Of a stretch of DNA of 64,000 bases, positions 39,946-50,222 are shown in pieces. Each line of letters starts with the position of its first letter. Within the stretch, counting starts at the first letter, position 1. Made by a program: the position numbers and the translations under genes. Source of the stretch: a virus; IMG/VR virus record IMGVR_UViG_3300025133_000027, positions 64,001-128,000 of that record; one strand, 5' to 3'. The notes under the pieces were generated by a model, which searched no databases, was not told the DNA's origin, and saw nothing but the letters and a program-made list of their open reading frames with translations.

Positions 39946-42900
39946 TGACCCGTATTGCACATATAGCAGACACACACATCCATAACTTTAGATATCATAA
40001 AGAATACAAGAAAGTATTTGAAATGATCTATACGAGTTTACGAAAAGAACAACCTGATTTGATCGTTCATTGTGGAGATATCGCACACACCAAAACACAG
40101 ATCTCACCAGAGTATATTGATACTTGTAAGGATTTCCTTGAGGGACTAGCAAACATTGCTCCCTTGGTTGTTATCTTAGGGAACCATGATGGCAATCTAA
40201 AGAATCTGAGTAGGCAAGATGCAATTTCACCTATCATTAGTTCCTTGAAGACTAAAAATCCTGTATATTTCTCAAGAGATACACAGACTTATAAATTTGA
40301 TGATGTCGCAATTCATGCCATCTCAGTTTTCGATGATGCTCCGTGGCCAGAACCTAGTGATAAACATATTAATATCGCTCTCTACCATGGATGTATGTCC
40401 GAAGCTAAGACTGACCTTGGTTTTGCTTTAAGTTCAGAAATGAATGCTGATGAAATCTTTAAGGCATATGATTACACTCTTCTTGGAGATATTCATAAGA
40501 AGCAGTTCTTAGGAGAGCGTATTGCTTATTGTGGCTCAACTATCCAGCAAAATTTTGGAGAAGTTAAGAATAAAGGCTATTTATTATGGGACATAGATTC
40601 AGCGACGGACTTTACTTGTGATTATCGCACGTTTGAAAACCCAAAAGCATTTGAAACTATTATCGTTGAAAAAGATTTTGACGTAAGCCAGATATCGATT
40701 TCAAATAACAGCAGAGTAAGGTTAAAAATTAAAAAAGACCTTACTATAAAAGAGGTTGAGGAAATTAAGATTGAGCTTAGAAATAAGTTTGATGTTGAAT
40801 CAATTATTGATATTAAGGAATACTTTGGTAATAATATCACAGAAGATGGTGAGATCGAGGATCTATCATCCCTGGATGTTCAAAGGGAGCACCTTGAATC
40901 TTATTTAGAGCCAGGACTTGACAAGGAAGTCAAAAAGGCTGTATTTGAGTTCGCAAAAAGGTTTCATAAAGAAGCTGATTATCAAAAAGTCTTTACGGGT
41001 TCAACATGGAATTTAAATTCATTAGATTGGTCTAACCTCTTTTCTTATGGAGAAGACAATGAGATTGATTTTAAATCTTACGAAGGTATCGTGGGCATAT
41101 TTGGAAAGAATTATACTGGTAAGTCTAGTATTGTTGATAGTTTACTTTATACGATTTTTAATTCTAATTCGAAAGGCATTAGGAAGACATACGATGTTAT
41201 CAATAATGCAAAGACCTCATGTTCTGGGGAAGTTTCAATTGAGGCTGGTGGCCAAAATATTAAGATACTCCGAAAGACAGAAAAGAAAGATCGCAAAGAT
41301 AAATCAGGAAATATTCTCAACGAAACAAAATCGACTCTAACTGTTACTCGTGACGGAAAGACTCTTAATGAACTCTCTAAGAGAGACACTGATAAACTTC
41401 TATCTAGAATGTTTGGCACGAAAGATGATTTTCTATTAACAACGTTATCTTCTCAGTCAGATCCGTTCAATTTCATTAGTCAAGGGAACACGGTGCGTCG
41501 TGAGATTCTATCAAGATTCCTGGGTCTTGATGCTTTCGAGCCTGTTCATAAGTTAGCAAAGAAAGAGCTTAACCTAGCTAAGAAGCAAGTTAATAAATAT
41601 AACCTTGAAGATTTGAATACTTCTATTAAAAGCCTTAAGGATGAATCCTTAAGGAAAGAAGCTCTTTTCCTTTCTAAGAAAAATGAAAATGATAAGAGAG
41701 CAAAGGATATTGAAGAATTATCTCACGATATTATAAAGATTAATGCAGGCATGAAGCCAGTCCCGAAGCTCCTTAACAGAAAAGAATTAAATCGACAACT
41801 CCGAGTTGCTAAGGAGTATCAAAAAAATCTTGAAAATGCTGTTAAAAAGTATCGTATTTACATAGATAGCTGGAAGGATGAGATAGCAGATTCGAAAACC
41901 ACAATGGACTCAATCGACGTAATCAATCTCAATAATGTTCTTTTAGAACATGAGACAAGTGAGCTTGAATTAAAAGCAGCTAGAGTAAAACTAGACAAAG
42001 CCCTAGTTGACCAAGCAAATATTGTTAAAGATAAAACGATTTTATGTGGTGTTCCTTGTGACAAAAAACTACATTCTAGTTGTAAATTTGTAAAAAATGC
42101 TTCTAATAATGTAGCTAAAACTTCAGAGGTTGAAGAGAGCATAATTCGCCTTGAAGCTTTGATTTCAGAGATTGAAGAAAAGAAACAGAAACTAGACTCG
42201 CAAGAGGGTGCAAAATCTTCTTTAGAGTTGAGAAAGTCTCTTTTTTCCTGTATTAATGACACTAATGCTCGCATCCGAACAGAGCATCTTGTCATTGAAA
42301 GCAAGGAGAAGGATATTAAAGCTTCGGCATTAGAACAGGAAAGAATTAAGGAGCAGCTTGCAGAGTTGACAGCAAACGAGGAGAGTATTCTCTTCAATGA
42401 AGAGATTTCTAGCAAAGTAGAGGCTCTTGAAAAGACTTTGAAAATACTGAAGATGACGCAGACTGATAACGAGATAATTTCTATTTCTAGAGAACTTGCA
42501 AGAATTGAGGTTAGGATCGAAACCGAAGAGGCTAACCTTGAAACTTATGAAAAGCTCAGTCAAGAATCAAAAGCCCTGGAAATATATTCAGCAGCTACTC
42601 ACAGCACTGGCATTCCATTATTGCTAATCAAGAAGCATCTCTCTCTAATCAATCAGAGAATCAACGAAGCTCTATCTACTATTGTAGACTTTACTTGTAA
42701 TTTTGTAATTGATGGTCCTAATCTAGAAATTAAGATTAAACACCCTGGGCAAGTAGAGCGAAGTATCGAATCTGGCTCCGGTGCGGAAAAGACTCTGGCC
42801 TCAATGGCAATTAGGATAGCTCTAACATCCCTAACTAAGATTGCTAAACCAAATATGCTTATCCTTGATGAACCAGCAGTTGCTTTAGATAAGGATAATA

Positions 42901-43046
42901 TGTTGAAGTTTTCTGATCTTTTAACGATGCTCAAGGACTATTTCAAGATAATCTTACTAATTACTCATGTAGACGAATTAAAAGATGTTGTTGACACTGT
43001 AATAAATGTGAACAAAAATTCGGAGGGATTCGCTACTTTAACTTAG
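39945..43046 (+). CDS. Fused SbcD/Mre11 nuclease - SbcC/Rad50 ATPase (T4 gp47-gp46 equivalent)
   Basis: ADTH, GD, GNHD, HG, GDIH phosphoesterase motifs, then Walker A GKNYTGKSS, coiled coil, SGAE, LILDEP, LITH in one 1033-aa ORF. Confidence 0.92.
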   Translation: MTRIAHIADTHIHNFRYHKEYKKVFEMIYTSLRKEQPDLIVHCGDIAHTKTQISPEYIDTCKDFLEGLANIAPLVVILGNHDGNLKNLSRQDAISPIISSLKTKNPVYFSRDTQTYKFDDVAIHAISVFDDAPWPEPSDKHINIALYHGCMSEAKTDLGFALSSEMNADEIFKAYDYTLLGDIHKKQFLGERIAYCGSTIQQNFGEVKNKGYLLWDIDSATDFTCDYRTFENPKAFETIIVEKDFDVSQISISNNSRVRLKIKKDLTIKEVEEIKIELRNKFDVESIIDIKEYFGNNITEDGEIEDLSSLDVQREHLESYLEPGLDKEVKKAVFEFAKRFHKEADYQKVFTGSTWNLNSLDWSNLFSYGEDNEIDFKSYEGIVGIFGKNYTGKSSIVDSLLYTIFNSNSKGIRKTYDVINNAKTSCSGEVSIEAGGQNIKILRKTEKKDRKDKSGNILNETKSTLTVTRDGKTLNELSKRDTDKLLSRMFGTKDDFLLTTLSSQSDPFNFISQGNTVRREILSRFLGLDAFEPVHKLAKKELNLAKKQVNKYNLEDLNTSIKSLKDESLRKEALFLSKKNENDKRAKDIEELSHDIIKINAGMKPVPKLLNRKELNRQLRVAKEYQKNLENAVKKYRIYIDSWKDEIADSKTTMDSIDVINLNNVLLEHETSELELKAARVKLDKALVDQANIVKDKTILCGVPCDKKLHSSCKFVKNASNNVAKTSEVEESIIRLEALISEIEEKKQKLDSQEGAKSSLELRKSLFSCINDTNARIRTEHLVIESKEKDIKASALEQERIKEQLAELTANEESILFNEEISSKVEALEKTLKILKMTQTDNEIISISRELARIEVRIETEEANLETYEKLSQESKALEIYSAATHSTGIPLLLIKKHLSLINQRINEALSTIVDFTCNFVIDGPNLEIKIKHPGQVERSIESGSGAEKTLASMAIRIALTSLTKIAKPNMLILDEPAVALDKDNMLKFSDLLTMLKDYFKIILLITHVDELKDVVDTVINVNKNSEGFATLT

Positions 43047-43056
43047 GAGTAAGAAA

Positions 43057-43392
43057 ATGGAAATACCATATATACTTATATTAATTTTTCTCACATGTGG
43101 AAATCTTGTCGGAGGAGCTTTATCTTGGAGGCTTACAAAAGTATTAAATGCTTATGATGAAGAAAGAAACTATTCTGATTATAAAGAAGCTTGGGTTTTA
43201 TTAGCAATCCAAGTAGGAGTAGCTCTTTTGGCAGCCGTCCTCGCGGGGCTTGTTTCCCTTGAAGTGGTGGGTATTGGTTATATGGTAGCCGGCGGTTCAG
43301 CCTTTGTCGGCGGCTTAATGGCCCCATTCTGGTTCAAAGCAGCCAGAGATGCCGGCAAGAGAGTTATTTCGAAAAAGGCAGAGTCTCTCTAA
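43057..43392 (+). CDS. Three-TM membrane protein, holin-like
   Basis: Three hydrophobic segments and a basic C-terminal tail. Confidence 0.5.
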   Translation: MEIPYILILIFLTCGNLVGGALSWRLTKVLNAYDEERNYSDYKEAWVLLAIQVGVALLAAVLAGLVSLEVVGIGYMVAGGSAFVGGLMAPFWFKAARDAGKRVISKKAESL

Positions 43393-43793
43393 TGTGGCTT
43401 ATAAAATTAAAATATTGGGCTAAGAAGTTAGCAATATTGGGCAAGAATTACTGGTGGGTTTTCCCATTGGTAGTTCTTGCCTTTTTTTTATCCAAATATA
43501 AACCTTATAGTTTGGCTGGTTTGTATACGAAAAAGAAAGACATTGCAAAGAAAGAACTGGAGGAACTTGAAAGTATTCACGCCGAGGAGGTAAAAGAAAT
43601 ACTTGAGGTTGAAAAACACACCAGTGAACAGATCTCTTTAGTAGAAAAAAAGCTTGTAGAGAAGAAAGAAACCTTGAAACGTGAGCATAAGAAACGTATC
43701 AAAGAGATTGTCAAAGAATCCAAAGATGAGCCCGATGAGATGGCAAAAAAGATTGCTGATGAATTTGGATTTACTGTTACGGAGATAGAATGA
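43392..43793 (+). CDS. N-anchored coiled-coil membrane protein (i-spanin-like)
   Basis: Basic N-terminus, one TM segment, K/E-rich coiled coil. Confidence 0.45.
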   Translation: MWLIKLKYWAKKLAILGKNYWWVFPLVVLAFFLSKYKPYSLAGLYTKKKDIAKKELEELESIHAEEVKEILEVEKHTSEQISLVEKKLVEKKETLKREHKKRIKEIVKESKDEPDEMAKKIADEFGFTVTEIE

Positions 43794-44230
43794 GAAAAGT
43801 TCTTGTTGTAATTATTATTTGTAGTTTCATCACCACACCTGTTTTCGGTCAAGGAAAGGTTGGGAGTATTCAAAAAGGACAAACAGCACCATACTCAGGC
43901 CTTCTATATGACTTCGAGGCAAACGCCGAACTTTTAGACAGGGCTCGAAGCCACAGAAAACTTGTTGAGATGGAGAGAGAAGTTGCCGTAGAAAAAGCAA
44001 CGCTTACCTGTAAAAAAGACTTAGCTATTTGTGGTATAAGACTCAAGAAGCTAGAAGAGAAATATAAGTTTCGAATTTCATCTAAAGATAAAGAAATCGC
44101 AATGCTTGAATCAAAACTCCAAAGTGAATGGAAGGCCACAACCTATGTCGCTGGTGGAGTATTAATTGGAGCTGGATTAACTCTTCTGGTATTTTACTTA
44201 ACAATAAAGGTTGATAATGAAAAAAATTGA
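43790..44230 (+). CDS. Exported coiled-coil protein with C-terminal TM anchor
   Basis: Signal peptide MRKVLVVIIICSFITTPVFG, KGQTAPYSGLL, coiled coil, C-terminal GGVLIGAGLTLLVF. Confidence 0.55.
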   Translation: MRKVLVVIIICSFITTPVFGQGKVGSIQKGQTAPYSGLLYDFEANAELLDRARSHRKLVEMEREVAVEKATLTCKKDLAICGIRLKKLEEKYKFRISSKDKEIAMLESKLQSEWKATTYVAGGVLIGAGLTLLVFYLTIKVDNEKN

Positions 44231-44561
44231 TTTAGATAGGATTGCAGCTCTTGAGCTGGCAATCAAAGAAAAGTATGGAGATCTTGCAACTAGAAATCCC
44301 GCTTCTTTCTGGAATGAAGAAAAGGAAGCTAATTACTTAGAAGAGAGTAAATTAGAAGAGGAATCTTCTAATCAAAAACCAAAGATAAAAATAGGTGAAT
44401 TTTTTGTAACAAAAAAACTATTTAATAAGAGTAAGATCAAAAGTTGTCCATCATGTGAGAAACTTTTGATGAAAACTAGAGACGATTTATATTTAAATAA
44501 ATATGGCATGTGTGAAGTTTGTTTTTATTTACATGTCGATGGGAGAGAGATAAATGGGTAA
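44217..44561 (+). CDS. Hypothetical zinc-finger protein
   Basis: CPSC...CEVC. Confidence 0.65.
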   Translation: MKKIDLDRIAALELAIKEKYGDLATRNPASFWNEEKEANYLEESKLEEESSNQKPKIKIGEFFVTKKLFNKSKIKSCPSCEKLLMKTRDDLYLNKYGMCEVCFYLHVDGREING

Positions 44562-45117
44562 GTCAACATATGAAATCATACAAGCCATTAAGCAAGCGGA
44601 AGCAAATGCTTATGATGGAGCCAAAAATGAGAAGGGTGAAGACCTAAAAGTCGGACTTAAAAGAGAAAAGGGTGATGTAATCTTAGATACCAGGATTATG
44701 GATGCTTTCGGTTTAAAGATTGTTGGTAATCTCTTAATGCTTAATTATAGTACAGAAGCTAAGATTAAAGAAATTCATCAAATGGGGCTTGCTAAGTATA
44801 AGACAGAGACAGAGAGCACCCTCAAATCTATTGTTTCCTATCTTAAGAAGGAATACAAGAAGATAACTGGCGATGCTTTGACTTTAACTAAGCATGGTGA
44901 AGTTGATATTCGAATTGACCCAATTTCAAAAATAAGAAACAGTATCAAAGCTAACTGTTCCTATAAGATTGGTGGCATCAAAGAAGTGGAACAAAGTAAG
45001 GGTGCAAAGAGTTGGGAGGATGCTGTAAAGGATATGTATTCAACACTGAAGAAAGAATCCTTTGACAAATCCATGGCTAAAGACCAAGGCAATAAATTAT
45101 TTAGAAACCTTGGATAA
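44554..45117 (+). CDS. Hypothetical protein
   Basis: 187-aa ORF immediately upstream of the terminase gene. Confidence 0.7.
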   Translation: MGKSTYEIIQAIKQAEANAYDGAKNEKGEDLKVGLKREKGDVILDTRIMDAFGLKIVGNLLMLNYSTEAKIKEIHQMGLAKYKTETESTLKSIVSYLKKEYKKITGDALTLTKHGEVDIRIDPISKIRNSIKANCSYKIGGIKEVEQSKGAKSWEDAVKDMYSTLKKESFDKSMAKDQGNKLFRNLG

Positions 45118-45120
45118 CAA

Positions 45121-46710
45121 ATGAGTTACAGACTTACAAAAGCCCAGAAAAAAGCAGAGCTTCTTAAGTGTGGTAAAGACCCTAAATATTTTATTACAAA
45201 TTTTGTTAGAGCACCACACCCTCTTCTTGGTTTAATTCCATTAGCATTGTATGATTTTCAAAACGATGTTGTTGATGATTTAACAGACCATCGTTTCAAT
45301 ATCGTATTAAAATCAAGACAGCTTGGAATCTCAACTGTCACATCAGCATATGTTTTGTGGATTATGCTTTTTCATGAAGAAAAAGCAATTATGACAGTTG
45401 CTACTAAGCTTGGTGTCGCAGCAAATATTTTAAGAAAAGTTGTCAAGATGTATGACTCTATTCCTGATTTTTTTAAAGACGAAGTAGTCGTTAAAAGGAA
45501 TGAGCATAGGTTTGAACTAGGAAACGGTTCTTTCATTTACGCATCTGCCACTGGACCTGATGCAGGACGTTCCGAAGCCTTGTCTCTTCTGATTATTGAT
45601 GAAGCTGCTGTTGTAGACGGCTTAGATGAGATGTGGGAGTCTTTAGGGCCCACCTTGACACGAGGAGGTAGTTGTATTGCTATCGCTACCCCAAAGGGCG
45701 CACAGGGGTGGTTCTATGAAAAATGGATTGAAGCTGAGGATGGTGCGAATCTATTCAACCCAATTAAGCTTCCATGGTATGTCCACCCGGAACAGACAAA
45801 GGAATGGTACGAGCACGAAACCAAGAACATGAGTTCGAAGCAAAGAGCTCAAGAGTATGAGTGTGATTTTTCCTTATCTGGTGACACATTTATCGATCCA
45901 GTTTATCGTGAAAGAATTGAAAAAAAACAAGTAATGACACCTAAGAAGAAGATTGGTCCTGGGGGCAACTATTGGATCTGGGATGAACCCGAAGACGGGG
46001 AGACATATTTGATCTCTTCAGACGTTGCTCGTGGAGATGGTGGGGACAACTCAACAGCAGTAATCGTAAAACTTAGCAATATGGTTCAAGTTGCAGAATT
46101 TACTGGACAAGTTGCACAAGAAGAACTGCCTCGTTTACTGTTTGATATTGGTGTTGATTATAACAATGCTTTATTAATTGTAGAAAATAATACTTTTGGT
46201 TGGGCGGTTTGTAAAGAATTAGAAGCTATGAACTATCCAAACCTTTATTATCAAGATAGGAGCACTTACCAGTATGTTAATCCAATCAAAGCAAAACGCT
46301 CGTCTGGTTGTATAATAGGGTTTTCGCAAAAAGGCGAGATTATTCGAAACTTGTCTTTAGGTAAATTAGAAGAGATGGTTAGAAATAATCACATTACGAT
46401 TAGGTCAGAAAGAGTTACGAAAGAAATGCAGGCTTTCATTTGGAAGAATGGTAAGGCACAGGCAGCTAAGGGTAGGAAAGACGATCTTATGATGTCTCTT
46501 GCTATGATCTGCTGGGTTAAAGAAAATGGTGCGCTCACTACATCTACTCTAAAAAACAAAAAAACTGCTGCGATGAGAGCTGTCCTTGCTGTAAACAGAA
46601 CCTTTAACACTGCAATTCCTGGCATGGTAGGATACAAAGCAAGAAATTCTAATCGACAACATACCGAAGCTCAAAGAATTGCAGCAAAATATAAATGGGT
46701 ACTTAAATAA
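45121..46710 (+). CDS. gp17: Terminase large subunit, T4 gp17-like
   Basis: LYDFQ (Q motif), KSRQLGIST Walker A, IIDEAA Walker B, ATP.G, QEYEC.F, SDVARG, VENN, DDLMM. Confidence 0.95.
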   Translation: MSYRLTKAQKKAELLKCGKDPKYFITNFVRAPHPLLGLIPLALYDFQNDVVDDLTDHRFNIVLKSRQLGISTVTSAYVLWIMLFHEEKAIMTVATKLGVAANILRKVVKMYDSIPDFFKDEVVVKRNEHRFELGNGSFIYASATGPDAGRSEALSLLIIDEAAVVDGLDEMWESLGPTLTRGGSCIAIATPKGAQGWFYEKWIEAEDGANLFNPIKLPWYVHPEQTKEWYEHETKNMSSKQRAQEYECDFSLSGDTFIDPVYRERIEKKQVMTPKKKIGPGGNYWIWDEPEDGETYLISSDVARGDGGDNSTAVIVKLSNMVQVAEFTGQVAQEELPRLLFDIGVDYNNALLIVENNTFGWAVCKELEAMNYPNLYYQDRSTYQYVNPIKAKRSSGCIIGFSQKGEIIRNLSLGKLEEMVRNNHITIRSERVTKEMQAFIWKNGKAQAAKGRKDDLMMSLAMICWVKENGALTTSTLKNKKTAAMRAVLAVNRTFNTAIPGMVGYKARNSNRQHTEAQRIAAKYKWVLK

Positions 46711-48656
46711 TGGCTGATCAAAGACAAAATCCGAAAAATGAAGTGTCACCACTTTTTAAAAAGTTAACTAAAATGTTTTCCGGGCCGCTTGTAAACTACA
46801 AGTCCCAAATCCCAAGAAACAATAAAAAGAGAAAGCTTGATAAACATGGAAGTGATTTTCGTTCTCTTGAAGGTTATAAATTTAAAAGGCGAGCATACAA
46901 CGCTTTTGATAACTTAAATACAAAACATATGAACCAGATTGGTAGAGCGGAGCGTTACTCTGACTTTGACCAAATGGAGTTTTATCCCTTACTACACTCA
47001 GCGATGGATATCTATGCTGATGAAATGACGACTCATAACGAGTTGGTCAAACTTCTCAAGATTGATTGCCCAAACGACGAGATTAAAGACGTATTGGATG
47101 TTCTTTTTTACAACGTTCTAAATATTAATGACAACCTATTCGAATGGTGTCGAACTATGTGCAAGAATGGAGATTTCTTCATGTATTTAGATGTCAATGA
47201 TGACATGGGTGTTAAAAACGTAATCGGGCTTCCACCAGAAGAAATCGAAAGACTTGAGGGCGAAGACCAGACCAATGCTAATTATGTTCAGTTTCAATGG
47301 AATGCCGGTGGGTTAACTTTTGAAAACTGGCAAATTGCTCACTTTCGTATCCTAGGAAATGATCGCTATGCTCCTTACGGAACCTCAGTTCTTGAAGGAG
47401 CAAGACGTATCTGGCGTCAGTTAACTATGATGGAAGATGCGATGATGGCGTATCGTATCGTTAGGGCACCAGAAAGGCGTGTGTTCAAGATTAACGTGTC
47501 TGGTATCCCTGATGAAGACGTTGAACAGTTCGTTCAGAGTATTATCACAAATACTAAACGACACCAAGTTGTAGATCCTGATAGTGGCCGTGTTGACTTA
47601 CGTTATAATCCCCTGGGAGTTGAAGAAGATATCTATCTACCATTCGTTGAAGGCAGTGAGCACTCAATCGATGTCCTACCTTCTGGTCAGAACACTGCAC
47701 ATATTGAAGATGTTGAGTATCTTAAGAATATGCTTCTATCTGCAATCAAGATTCCCAAGGCCTATCTTTCAATGGGTGACGATGGGGGAGAGGACGGTTC
47801 AACTTTATCCCAGAAAGATATTAGGTTTGCAAGAACGATCCAAAGATTACAAAGAAATGTAGTTGCACAACTTGAAAAAATTGCAATCGTTCATTTATTT
47901 ACTCTTGGATATAGAGGTGAGGATGTAATCTCATTTACTCTATCTCTAAATAATCCTTCAAAACTATCGCAACTTCAAGAGCTTGAGCACTGGAGAACCA
48001 AATTAGAAGTAGGATCCTCAGCCAAGGAAAGTTTCTTTTCTGAAGCATGGGTTGCTCGTAATATCTTTAATCTTTCTGACGATGAGTTTGAAAGAAACCA
48101 CTACGAGAAATTCTCAGATAAGAAGTTTGAGATGCAGATCGCTGCAATCGAAAAAGAACCAAACTTTGCAGGCGGTGGTCACGGCACAAGTCTTGGTGGA
48201 GCAGGCGCAGGTGGGGAAATTGGCGACGAATTCGCTACAGGAACTACATTAAGCCCAGAAGCAGAAGAAACAGAAATGATGGGATCCGAAGAGATGGGTG
48301 GGGACGCCGCTCCCGCTGCTGAGGAAGAAAAGAGTCCTTTACTGGCAGCTCCTGGTGAAGAAGCTCCAGCGAAAAGAGTTCCTGATGGATATACTACTAC
48401 TTTAAGATCTAAAGGTAAGAATTATAAACCAGCTATTTCAGATCGAAGAAAAAGTTCAGGCCCTCGTGAAAAGAATTATAGAGCTATGAGTGGTACGAAA
48501 ACCTCTCTTCCAAGAGCAACAACTACAAAAAACTTTAGTAGAGTTCAGTATGGATTAATGGAGAGTAAAGATACTATTTATAGTAAGCTTTTGAAGCTAG
48601 AACAGCGTCAAGAGGATATTCTGGAGAATCATAAAGATGAAGATACGACACAATAA
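46710..48656 (+). CDS. gp20: Portal protein, T4 gp20-like, with acidic/Gly-rich C-terminal extension
   Basis: QLTMMEDAMMAYRIVRAPERRVFKINV, ED..LP, DVEY....L...KIP, DIRFARTIQRLQ. Confidence 0.95.
   Translation: MADQRQNPKNEVSPLFKKLTKMFSGPLVNYKSQIPRNNKKRKLDKHGSDFRSLEGYKFKRRAYNAFDNLNTKHMNQIGRAERYSDFDQMEFYPLLHSAMDIYADEMTTHNELVKLLKIDCPNDEIKDVLDVLFYNVLNINDNLFEWCRTMCKNGDFFMYLDVNDDMGVKNVIGLPPEEIERLEGEDQTNANYVQFQWNAGGLTFENWQIAHFRILGNDRYAPYGTSVLEGARRIWRQLTMMEDAMMAYRIVRAPERRVFKINVSGIPDEDVEQFVQSIITNTKRHQVVDPDSGRVDLRYNPLGVEEDIYLPFVEGSEHSIDVLPSGQNTAHIEDVEYLKNMLLSAIKIPKAYLSMGDDGGEDGSTLSQKDIRFARTIQRLQRNVVAQLEKIAIVHLFTLGYRGEDVISFTLSLNNPSKLSQLQELEHWRTKLEVGSSAKESFFSEAWVARNIFNLSDDEFERNHYEKFSDKKFEMQIAAIEKEPNFAGGGHGTSLGGAGAGGEIGDEFATGTTLSPEAEETEMMGSEEMGGDAAPAAEEEKSPLLAAPGEEAPAKRVPDGYTTTLRSKGKNYKPAISDRRKSSGPREKNYRAMSGTKTSLPRATTTKNFSRVQYGLMESKDTIYSKLLKLEQRQEDILENHKDEDTTQ
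48573..48582 (+). promoter_or_regulatory. Putative late promoter ACTATTTATA
   Basis: Exact copy of the recurrent motif, ~55 nt before the ATG at 48637. Confidence 0.55.
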
Positions 48657-49455
48657 GAAAAGAAATACCGCTTTTCTTTACGAAGCTTTAATCAGAGAAA
48701 TGGTCAAAGCTTCTATCAAGAACGATAAAAAACGAGCTAAGTTAATAAAAGATATTATTTTAGAATACTTTAATACAAACAGTATACTCGGTAAAGAGTT
48801 GCTAGCTTATAAGGCGATTAATGAAGCCAAAGGGATGCACCCTATCGATGCAGAAAAAGTCATCCACGAGTGTAAGAGAGTTTTTGCCAATCTTGATCGT
48901 AAAGAATCATTTAATGTAAACAGCAATCTTATCTCTAAAATCAATAAAGAGCTAGGCGCTAATGTTTATTCTAATCATGTTCCTAACTATAAATTTATTG
49001 CGTCGTTGAATCACATATTCAACGACTCAGCTTCAATCAGTTCAAAAGTATTGATGGAGCGAAGAATCTTGAAAAAGATGACTGGCGTAGTTGAAAAGAA
49101 AGAAACAAAGCAGAAAGCAGTAGATGAACTTGTAATTAAGTCTTACACAAAATCATATAATAAGAAATACAAGGCAATGCTTCCAGAGCAGAAAGAAATG
49201 GTAAAGTTTTTTATTAATGAGAGACTAGATACTATTGAGTTTAAAGTTTTTCTAAATGAACAACTGGACAAGATTAAAAAGACCGTTCGTGATGGTTTGA
49301 AACTAGAAGAAGTGAAAGCTGATTCTAATATGCTTGAGAACTCTATGAAGGTATTGAATATCTTAGAGAGCTTCCGTGGGAAGCAAGAATATACAAAAGA
49401 AGACTTTTCAACAATAATGCATATGCAAGATCTAGCAAAGGAAATTACTAGCTAA
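48637..49455 (+). CDS. Hypothetical head-module protein
   Basis: HNKKRNTAFLYEAL N-terminus; helical; directly after portal. Confidence 0.7.
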   Translation: MKIRHNKKRNTAFLYEALIREMVKASIKNDKKRAKLIKDIILEYFNTNSILGKELLAYKAINEAKGMHPIDAEKVIHECKRVFANLDRKESFNVNSNLISKINKELGANVYSNHVPNYKFIASLNHIFNDSASISSKVLMERRILKKMTGVVEKKETKQKAVDELVIKSYTKSYNKKYKAMLPEQKEMVKFFINERLDTIEFKVFLNEQLDKIKKTVRDGLKLEEVKADSNMLENSMKVLNILESFRGKQEYTKEDFSTIMHMQDLAKEITS

Positions 49456-50033
49456 TGGCAATACAAGTAACCATAAACAAGAACGTAGTAGATGCCCTCG
49501 GAGGCCCAACTGAATCCGAGGCTCCTGATATTGTTGTTGATATTAAAGGTGCTTTTCTAAAGATTAAGCTCAATGCGAGAAAAACCCTAGACGGCAATAT
49601 CATAATTTATGATCATAAGCACCTAGACATCATCATTATTCCTTTTAAGAATAAGATCCTTACCTTACCGAAGAAGAATAGAAGCACCGATTCATTCTAT
49701 GTTCAGAAAAGATATTTTGATTTTTTAAAGAACAAAGGTGTTATTGTATATGACTCGGTGAGAGGCGGTTCTGTATATGGCTCTCTTGAGGCGTTCTATC
49801 CAGTAAACAAACAAGTAGATGCTCTACAGGTTGTGTTGTTGGTAACAAAAAGATTTTTAGAACAGGACAAGAATAAATATCAGACTTTTGATGAGTATCA
49901 AGAAGACGTTGACAACATGTTCTTAGAGCCAGAAGATGACGATTCGACAGAACTAGGTGAGGTTCCACACTCAGAAGAAAAAGGAACGATTGATCCAAAC
50001 TTCAAGCCTTACGGCATCTTATATAGGATATGA
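49455..50033 (+). CDS. Hypothetical head-module protein
   Basis: TAATG-coupled ORF with acidic C-terminus STELGEVPH. Confidence 0.7.
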   Translation: MAIQVTINKNVVDALGGPTESEAPDIVVDIKGAFLKIKLNARKTLDGNIIIYDHKHLDIIIIPFKNKILTLPKKNRSTDSFYVQKRYFDFLKNKGVIVYDSVRGGSVYGSLEAFYPVNKQVDALQVVLLVTKRFLEQDKNKYQTFDEYQEDVDNMFLEPEDDDSTELGEVPHSEEKGTIDPNFKPYGILYRI

Positions 50034-50036
50034 ATA

Positions 50037-50222
50037 ATGATAGGATTCAGTAATAAAAAAGGTTTGGATTCTCCACCAAGCATGTGGGACGCTAATGCTA
50101 GTGCAAATGTAAAAATTGCTTCATTTCTTGTTAAAAACGATAGGCTTGAGGTTTTATATCGTGATGTTCTGACAGAACATCGTTTCATCTTTCAAGGCTA
50201 CAAAGAGACAACCTTATACTAA
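50037..50222 (+). CDS. Small hypothetical protein
   Basis: 61-aa ORF with AGGA upstream, filling the gap. Confidence 0.5.
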   Translation: MIGFSNKKGLDSPPSMWDANASANVKIASFLVKNDRLEVLYRDVLTEHRFIFQGYKETTLY

